The translations under genes and the position numbers were made by a program. Shown here piece by piece: positions 57,555 through 64,000 of a stretch of 64,000 nucleotides of DNA (positions are counted from its first letter, which is position 1; each line of letters opens with the position of its first letter). The notes under the pieces are model-generated. The model was not told the origin of the DNA. It worked only from the letters and a program-made list of their open reading frames with translations, and searched no databases. The stretch comes from Desulfosudis oleivorans (lineage in GTDB: Bacteria; Desulfobacterota; Desulfobacteria; Desulfobacterales; SURF-7): positions 2,451 through 66,450 of the forward strand of contig DYJC01000023.1 of the NCBI GenBank assembly GCA_020723305.1. The letters run 5' to 3'.

Positions 57555-58784
57555 TCACATCAGAAAAACTTTTACTTCAGTTCCCTTTTCAAGGCCTTCT
57601 ACATTCTTGCCGATCTCTATCAATCCGTCTGCCTTGATCATGGTGTTGATCAGCCCGGATTTGCCCAGGATGGGTTCTGCCCATAGAACACCCTCTTTTT
57701 CATTCAGCCTGACCCGGATGTATTCTGTTCTTCCCTGAGCTGAAGAGACATTTCGCAGGAGCCTTGCGGGAAAGGTAACCTGGTTTTTCCGCTCCGGCAG
57801 AAAACCGCTTATTTTTTCAATAAAAGGTTTTACCACCACGGAAAAAACAATCATGGCTGAAACAACATGACCGGGAAGTCCCCAAATCTGCTTTTGGCCT
57901 GACCTGGCCAGAATCGTTGGTTTTCCGGGGCTGATGGAGATTCCATGAACCATGATTTCAGAATCCGGTAAAGCGGATAAAACTTCAATTGTAAAGTCGC
58001 GGGTACCGACAGAGCTTCCTCCGGATATCAAAACCATATCGCAACCCTGCAAGGCTTCCCGGCATTTTTCCAGAAGATTCTGATAATCATCTTTAATGAT
58101 ACCAAAAGTAAAAGGTATGCCGCCTGCCTCGATTACCTGTCCGGAAAGAGTGTAGGTGTTGATATCCCGGATCTGTCCCGGATTAGGAGTTTCCGTAAGA
58201 GGTACCACTTCATCGCCTGTTGAAATGATTCCGATTACCGGTTTTGTAAAGACCTTTACTTTTTCTTTTCCAAAAGCAGCCAGCAGGCCTGTTTCCTGCG
58301 GCCGTATTTTTTGTCCAATATTCAGAACAACACTCCCTTTGGAAAAATCCTCCCCCTTTTCAATCACGTTATGCCCGGGTGCAATGCCCTTGTATACTTC
58401 GATTGTTTTTTCATCAAGAACTTCAGTGTGTTCGATCATGGTCACGCTGTCGGTTCCCTTGGGAAGCATTCCTCCGGTTGATATTCTGACAGCTTCTCCC
58501 GGTCCGACGGATAAACAAGGGGTTTCACCCATTGCAATCGATCCGACAACATGGATAAATGCAGGGTTTTCTTCCGACGCGCCAAATGTCGACGAGGCGC
58601 GCAAGGCATATCCATCCATGGTTGAGCGGGAAAATCCGGGAAGATCAATATCGGCAGTGATCTCTTCTGCCAGAATCCGGCCCAATGTTTTTTCAATCAC
58701 AACCTGCTCTGTTTCAACTGCTGGAAAAAAAGAGGTGTATTCAAAAACTTTATCTATGTCTGTAACTTTGAAAAAATCCTTCAT
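57555..58784 (-). CDS. moeA: Molybdopterin molybdotransferase MoeA/Glp
   Basis: STMDGYA, STGDEV, SGGSSVG, PGKPT and GLPG motifs. Confidence 0.93.
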   Translation of the reverse strand: MKDFFKVTDIDKVFEYTSFFPAVETEQVVIEKTLGRILAEEITADIDLPGFSRSTMDGYALRASSTFGASEENPAFIHVVGSIAMGETPCLSVGPGEAVRISTGGMLPKGTDSVTMIEHTEVLDEKTIEVYKGIAPGHNVIEKGEDFSKGSVVLNIGQKIRPQETGLLAAFGKEKVKVFTKPVIGIISTGDEVVPLTETPNPGQIRDINTYTLSGQVIEAGGIPFTFGIIKDDYQNLLEKCREALQGCDMVLISGGSSVGTRDFTIEVLSALPDSEIMVHGISISPGKPTILARSGQKQIWGLPGHVVSAMIVFSVVVKPFIEKISGFLPERKNQVTFPARLLRNVSSAQGRTEYIRVRLNEKEGVLWAEPILGKSGLINTMIKADGLIEIGKNVEGLEKGTEVKVFLM

Positions 58785-58800
58785 CTTGATTCCTGACCTC

Positions 58801-59637
58801 TTACGATATTTTGAGCCGTTGTCCGCCACAAAAAAGGTATAAGCCGGACGCGCCATCCGAACAAGCAAGCGTCATGTTCAGACTGTCCGCCAGGGTAACG
58901 GCCAGAGAGGTGGGACGGGAGTAGGCCAGAATGACGGGAATTCTTGCCCTGGCCGCTTTCTGAACCAGTTCATAACTGATCCTGGAAGAAAGAACCAGAA
59001 GTTTTGCCGAAGATAAACGGCCATCCAGAAAGAGCTTGCCGACCGCTTTGTCCAGTGCGTTATGGCGGCCCACATCCTCTGCAATGGAAAGGCAAGTCAA
59101 ATCCGCATTGTAAATGGCTGCCGCATGTGCGGCACGGGTTTTCTGCCGGAGCGGCTGCTGTTCAGGAAGAGCATTCAGGCAGGCAATGGCTTCCTGTATA
59201 TCAAAAACGGTTTCATCCAAAAGGGGTCGAAGTGACTGGTATAATTCCGAGACGACTTCCTTTCCGCAAATACCGCAACTGGTCTGGCTGATGTACTCCC
59301 GGCGATCCAGTTTGTCAGGAATAAGCTTTCGTCTCTCAGGTGTCAGGGTGATTGTGACGACATTGGTGTTATCCGCCTCGCAAACCCCCAGCGAAGCAAT
59401 ATCCGATGGCCTGTCCACCAGACCTTCAGCCAGACACAGCCCGGCGGCCTGTGCAACCTCATCACCCGGTGTCCGCATGACCACCACATAGGGTTTTCCT
59501 TCCACCCGGATGGCCAGAGGTTCTTCGGCAATCAGCCTGCCGGCGGTTTTTTTTCCGTTCACCGGCGGCCCCCAATGGGAAGCCGAAAAGTCAACACTGT
59601 TTTCCAAAATACCCTCCAAACGAAAAACAGATTTCAA
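58801..59637 (-). CDS. fdhD: Formate dehydrogenase accessory sulfurtransferase
   Basis: EEPL, MRTPG, SCGICG and EDVGRHNALDKAVG motifs. Confidence 0.93.
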   Translation of the reverse strand: MKSVFRLEGILENSVDFSASHWGPPVNGKKTAGRLIAEEPLAIRVEGKPYVVVMRTPGDEVAQAAGLCLAEGLVDRPSDIASLGVCEADNTNVVTITLTPERRKLIPDKLDRREYISQTSCGICGKEVVSELYQSLRPLLDETVFDIQEAIACLNALPEQQPLRQKTRAAHAAAIYNADLTCLSIAEDVGRHNALDKAVGKLFLDGRLSSAKLLVLSSRISYELVQKAARARIPVILAYSRPTSLAVTLADSLNMTLACSDGASGLYLFCGGQRLKIS

Positions 59638-60080
59638 TCCGTTTCCTGTTTGCCCAAAATTTCCACCGGATCATCGATCCGGATCTCACCGCCGCATAAT
59701 ACCTTGGCAAATACGCCTTCTCTGGGCATGATACAGTCGCCTGCCTGGTAATAAATAGCGCATTTTTTAATGCACTCCTTGCCGATCTGCGTGATTTCCA
59801 ACAAAGCGGTTTCTCCCAACCGAACTTGGGTTCCAACAGGAAGGTTTTTCCAATCAATACCAATAGTCGCAATATTTTCGGCAAAATCACCAAAAGTCAC
59901 GGTCAAACCCTGCTGCCTGGCCTTTTCAATACTCTCCCCAGCCAGAAAACTCACCTGACGGTGCCAATCTCCGGCATGAGCGTCTCCTTCTATGCCGAAA
60001 TTTTCAATCAAACGCGCAGCAGGAATGCAGGTTTTCCGCGTTCCCTTTTTCTTGCTCATAGCAATACTGATAATTTTCAT
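59634..60080 (-). CDS. MOSC-domain protein
   Basis: GIEGDAHAG.WHRQVS, GDFAENI, QIGKEC...C and MPREGVF motifs. Confidence 0.9.
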   Translation of the reverse strand: MKIISIAMSKKKGTRKTCIPAARLIENFGIEGDAHAGDWHRQVSFLAGESIEKARQQGLTVTFGDFAENIATIGIDWKNLPVGTQVRLGETALLEITQIGKECIKKCAIYYQAGDCIMPREGVFAKVLCGGEIRIDDPVEILGKQETD

Positions 60081-60335
60081 GATCTCCACCAGGCTACACT
60101 ATTTGTTCTCAGGGAGGATGCATCACCCATACTCTCTTTATTATACCGAATTGCGGATACATTCAATAGTCAGCGTGATTATTTTGAGTCTTGACCGGAA
60201 AAAATCCCGATTTCCCTATTTCTCCAAAAAAGTTGTTGACATGCGAAATTATTTCGAACAGTAATGACGTAGACTCGAGAGAGGCGGTATACACGGACAG
60301 AGGATTTTTTTTAAAGATAAAAAAAAGGAGAAATT

Positions 60336-61127
60336 ATGACCCGGAAAGCGCTGCTGGTTGGAATCAATGATTACAAGGAAATCAACGATCTTAACGGATG
60401 CGTCAATGATGTTACCAACATCCGGGATGTTCTGTTAAGATATTATGACTTTACCGTCCCGGATATCAGGGTGCTGGTGGAAAAAGAAAATATCCTGAGC
60501 CGACTGAAATGGCTGGTCACCGGCGCCAAAAAAGGCGACATTCTGGTGTTCCAATACTCGGGACACGGAACACAGATCCGGGACCGCAATGGCGATGAAT
60601 TGAAAGACCATATGGATGAAGCCATCTGCCCCTGGGGTACAAACTGGGACGGCGGCCTCATACTGGATGATGATCTGTGCGAGATTTTTCAGGGAATCAA
60701 AACCGGAGTTACGCTTGAAGTCATCCTGGATTCCTGTTTTTCCGGAACCGGCACACGGGAGATTGCATTGGAAAAGAAAATGAAAATCCGGTTTCTGGCT
60801 CCTCCCATTGATATTGAATGCAGAAACGAGGAAGGCCTGAAAGTCAGAAATATCGGCAGGAAGGAAACCAACCGGAAACATAATCATGTTCTCTGGTCAG
60901 GCTGCAAGGAATCCCAGACTTCGGCGGACGCTCTAATCGGTAATACCTATAACGGGGCATTCACCTATTTTTTCTGCAAACATATCCGGAAAACGCAAGG
61001 AAGGATAAGCCGGAGTGAACTGATTAAGCGTGTCAAAGCATCCCTGAAATATGAAAAATTTTCTCAGGTTCCACAACTGGAGACATCTGATGCCGCAAAA
61101 AAGCAGAAAAATATTTTTGAAGCGTAA
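60336..61127 (+). CDS. Caspase-family (C14, metacaspase-like) peptidase
   Basis: ALLVGINDY, LNGCVND, YSGHG (His), DSCFSG (Cys), GAFT and QVPQL motifs. Confidence 0.9.
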   Translation: MTRKALLVGINDYKEINDLNGCVNDVTNIRDVLLRYYDFTVPDIRVLVEKENILSRLKWLVTGAKKGDILVFQYSGHGTQIRDRNGDELKDHMDEAICPWGTNWDGGLILDDDLCEIFQGIKTGVTLEVILDSCFSGTGTREIALEKKMKIRFLAPPIDIECRNEEGLKVRNIGRKETNRKHNHVLWSGCKESQTSADALIGNTYNGAFTYFFCKHIRKTQGRISRSELIKRVKASLKYEKFSQVPQLETSDAAKKQKNIFEA

Positions 61128-61138
61128 GTAGAGTACGG

Positions 61139-61744
61139 TTAAAGTTTTTTCCCGGAAAAAACGCCTGCAATCATTTTCGCCAGACGAAGTGTGTGCCGGC
61201 GGATCTCTTCATCGGTTTTTCCGGGATATCTTGCATAACTAATCATGATGCCGTTTAAAGCGGAAAACAGGGCATGGGCTGTAATCCGGGAGTTTGTTTT
61301 ACAGCCAACGGAAAGAAGCGCCGTCTCTATGCGGTTCATCAATTCCCTCATGATTTCATCCAGCTTTTGTGTGGCGTCCGGAGACAGTTCTCCCCCCAGC
61401 ATGAAATGGCTCATCATCTGATAAAAGGTCATGTTGTCATTCAAATAGGAAATGTAGAATTCACAAAGCTGTTCCAGGGTTGGTGTCTTTTTGGAGGAGA
61501 TGTTATCAAACATCTGCGTGATTTCCGCTGCGCTGTCTAAAAAAACATCCAGGAACAGCTCCGTGAGATTCGGGTAGTAGTTGTAAATGGTTCCGATGCT
61601 GACACCCGCTTGCCTGGAAATCTCCCGGACCGTAACGCTCCGGAAATCCTTGACCGCAAAAAGTTCCAGTGCCGCATCCAGAATGATTTTCCGGCGGGAG
61701 TCCCGCTCCATCTGCTTTAACTCTTCAAGTTTTTTTTTCGTCAA
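61139..61744 (-). CDS. TetR/AcrR-family regulator
   Basis: VTVREISRQAGVSIGTIYNYY HTH. Confidence 0.9.
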   Translation of the reverse strand: MTKKKLEELKQMERDSRRKIILDAALELFAVKDFRSVTVREISRQAGVSIGTIYNYYPNLTELFLDVFLDSAAEITQMFDNISSKKTPTLEQLCEFYISYLNDNMTFYQMMSHFMLGGELSPDATQKLDEIMRELMNRIETALLSVGCKTNSRITAHALFSALNGIMISYARYPGKTDEEIRRHTLRLAKMIAGVFSGKKL

Positions 61745-61776
61745 AAGATTCCCTCTGATTCATGGGTATTCTGATT

Positions 61777-63054
61777 TCAGGCTTTCTGAATTTTTCCGGT
61801 AAACACATCCATCATATCATCATCGGTAAAGCATCGTTCGGTGACATCCGGATTGCCGGCATCATCTTCCATGACCCTCCGGTCATAGGAGCTATCCAGT
61901 ACCTGGTTATAGTACTCATGCTGAATCATGAGGTTCATGATCTGGGTGGTGCCGGTCCATATCATGCCGAGACGGGTATCCCGGAGCGCCCGTTCAATCG
62001 GGTAGACATCCGTATATCCGATGCCGCCCATGATCTGCATGGCATTATTCACAATGTCCCATGCCGCTTCCGTGGCAAACCGCTTGGCTTCGCTGACCAG
62101 ACGCCGGACATTGGCATATTGGCTGTCCACTGCACGGGCCGCCATATAGGTGATCGCCCGGGCTGCATCCAACTGGGTAATGGAATCCGCCACCTTGAAG
62201 CTGACAGCCTGATATTTCCGGATTTCCTTTCCAAAAGCCCTACGCCGGTTGGAATAGCGGACAGCCAGATCCAGCGCGCCCCAGGTTCCCAGGCAACCGG
62301 CTGCGGATGTCAGCCGCTCGGGAATCATCATCTGATGAAAGCACAACGCGCCGCCATGAAGTTCGCCCACCAGATTTTCTTTCGGAACCTTGACATCCCG
62401 GAAAACCAGACGGCCGGTTCCCCCGCCTCGGCATCCCATCAGCCCGTACATGTATTCGGTTTCCACTCCCGGACCCTTGTCAACGATCAAAAGGCTGAGC
62501 CGGCTGTATTTGTGGGCGGATTCATCAAAGTTGGTCCGGCAGTATACCAGAAAAAAATCCGCTCCTTCCGCACCGACCACAAACCGTTTCATGCCGTTTA
62601 CAATAAAATGATCCCCATGCACCTCGGCTTTGGTCATGGCGCCAAAAAAATCCGATCCCCCCCTGGGTTCGGTCAGTGCCTCGGCAGCCACCAGTTTCCC
62701 CTGGATATACGGTCTTAAATATTTTTCTTTCTGCGCTTCTGTTCCAAAGAGATTGAGGGCTTCTCCGACAATGGACGGCATGACAAACGCGCATCCAAGC
62801 GCCATACCCAGACATCCGATTTCTTCGGTAGCCGCAACCTCTGCCACCCAGCTCATCCCTCGTCCGCCGTATTTTTTGGGGAACCGGATTCCCCTCAAAT
62901 TTCTGGCAGCCAGTTTTTCGACAAATTCACGCGGGTAGGTTATTTCATCCTTGTCCATTTTTCTCAAAAAATCACCGGTGATCTCCTCCCGGACAAAAGC
63001 ACGGACTTCTCTTTTTAATTCCTGTTCTTCAGGGGTCAGCAGAAAATCATACAT
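61777..63054 (-). CDS. Acyl-CoA dehydrogenase
   Basis: LTEPRGGSD, NGMKRF, RRAFG, QIMGGIGY and IWTGT motifs. Confidence 0.93.
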   Translation of the reverse strand: MYDFLLTPEEQELKREVRAFVREEITGDFLRKMDKDEITYPREFVEKLAARNLRGIRFPKKYGGRGMSWVAEVAATEEIGCLGMALGCAFVMPSIVGEALNLFGTEAQKEKYLRPYIQGKLVAAEALTEPRGGSDFFGAMTKAEVHGDHFIVNGMKRFVVGAEGADFFLVYCRTNFDESAHKYSRLSLLIVDKGPGVETEYMYGLMGCRGGGTGRLVFRDVKVPKENLVGELHGGALCFHQMMIPERLTSAAGCLGTWGALDLAVRYSNRRRAFGKEIRKYQAVSFKVADSITQLDAARAITYMAARAVDSQYANVRRLVSEAKRFATEAAWDIVNNAMQIMGGIGYTDVYPIERALRDTRLGMIWTGTTQIMNLMIQHEYYNQVLDSSYDRRVMEDDAGNPDVTERCFTDDDMMDVFTGKIQKA

Positions 63055-63116
63055 GGGGCCTCCTTTTTCATTGAATGAAACGTATATGCAAAATTCAGAC
63101 TTGCTCTGCCAATGTT

Positions 63117-63158
63117 TTGAACATAGCTCAATTTATTGAACGTCGCTCATAATGTCAA
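63117..63158 (-). promoter_or_regulatory. Sigma70 promoter overlapped by two tandem imperfect palindromes (putative TetR operators)
   Basis: Minus strand TTGACA-N17-TAAATT; TTGAAC-N3-GCTCAA (63117-31) and TTGAAC-N3-GCTCAT (63136-50). Confidence 0.65.
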
Positions 63159-63479
63159 CAAAAATTTTTCACATTGTATTCAATCCCACAAAATACCAGA
63201 TTGTTATCGAAATGACTCGGCTATCGGAAAAGGATGAATTCCGGGCTATATAAAAAAGAGAGTTGAGTTGAGGATGTAAATCTGGTAGAAAACAGAAACA
63301 GTGCATTCTAATGGTCAGTATTTATTCCATATCGTGAACCATTGCCCATAAATCTAGCCTCTCATCATAATCTGACTTGAATAAAGTATCAAACCGATAT
63401 AAAGGCTATGGCTCTGTTTACCATGCGATGTGCATCAAAAACAGAGTAATAACGTATCAACCCGTAAAGGAGAAACATC

Positions 63480-64000
63480 ATGACCCGTTCAGATCAATTT
63501 ACATTTTACAGTGGCGGACATCGCGGTGCAGAAGCCGAATTTGGCCGGCAGGCAGAACAGTTTTCCATCCGTGAAGTGAACTACTCATTCGAAGGACACC
63601 AGCCCGCAAGAAAAAAAGGACTGATTGTTCTCACACCCGAAGAATTGAAAAAGGGTGATATCAGCATGGAGATCGTTGCCCTTCGGATGAACCGGAGATA
63701 TTCCCAGGGCAATCAGATCCGCAAAGTCTTTCAATCCATTTTCCATATGGTCAACAGCGGCATACAAATCTTTGCCATAGGTTGGATTCAGCCGGACAAT
63801 ACAGTCAAGGGAGGTACAGGCTGGGCGGTTGAGCTGGGCAAACTGTTCAACCGGCCATTGAGCGTTTTTGACCAGGAAAAAAACCAGTGGTTAACCTGGA
63901 AAAACAATAGCTGGACGGAAGACCTGCCCAAGGTCGAACACAAAACATTCGTGGGTACCGGCACCTGCAACCTGACCGATGCCGGCAGACAGGCAATCAA
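63480..64000 (+). CDS. Hypothetical protein with SLOG-like motifs (3'-partial; absent from the ORF track)
   Basis: AAGGAG RBS; MTRSDQFTFYSGGHRGAEAEFG...VKGGTGWAVELGK..RP..VFDQ, open to the window end. Confidence 0.75.
   Translation, partial: MTRSDQFTFYSGGHRGAEAEFGRQAEQFSIREVNYSFEGHQPARKKGLIVLTPEELKKGDISMEIVALRMNRRYSQGNQIRKVFQSIFHMVNSGIQIFAIGWIQPDNTVKGGTGWAVELGKLFNRPLSVFDQEKNQWLTWKNNSWTEDLPKVEHKTFVGTGTCNLTDAGRQAI

Noticed and set aside
60090-60180. Moco/tungsten riboswitch upstream of MOSC-fdhD-moeA
   Set aside because: The leader is short and I could not see the conserved multi-stem Moco motif.

Overview
A 64-kb bacterial chromosomal window. Gene content and style suggest an anaerobic Desulfobacterales-like deltaproteobacterium (inference). 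Most of it is metabolic, regulatory or envelope genes: a TPR-BTAD(SARP) regulator, 2-hydroxyacyl-CoA dehydratase subunits, a diguanylate cyclase, murJ, two B12-radical SAM enzymes, a PrkA-YeaH-SpoVR-PrkA cluster, acyl-CoA dehydrogenases with TetR regulators, an RND pump, an ABC-F ATPase, a MOSC/FdhD/MoeA/MoeA-PBP cofactor cluster and a metacaspase. Four things stand out that the ORF track does not show. (1) A decayed integron at ~32.0-36.2 kb: a short intI remnant, an attI-like site with 26-bp direct repeats, a Pc-like promoter, five attC sites plus one attC scar, and cassettes for two AT-rich lipoproteins, HigBA, HicAB and a membrane protein. (2) An apparent operon of a cNMP-binding Ser/Thr kinase, a large LOG/SLOG protein and an orphan FliG-like protein, preceded by a GGA-rich leader. 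(3) SARP-type 11-bp-phased TCGAT repeats directly after the BTAD regulator. (4) Two MITE families carrying REP-like palindromes. No rRNA, tRNA or CRISPR array was seen. All family assignments come from motif recognition by eye; no searches were run.
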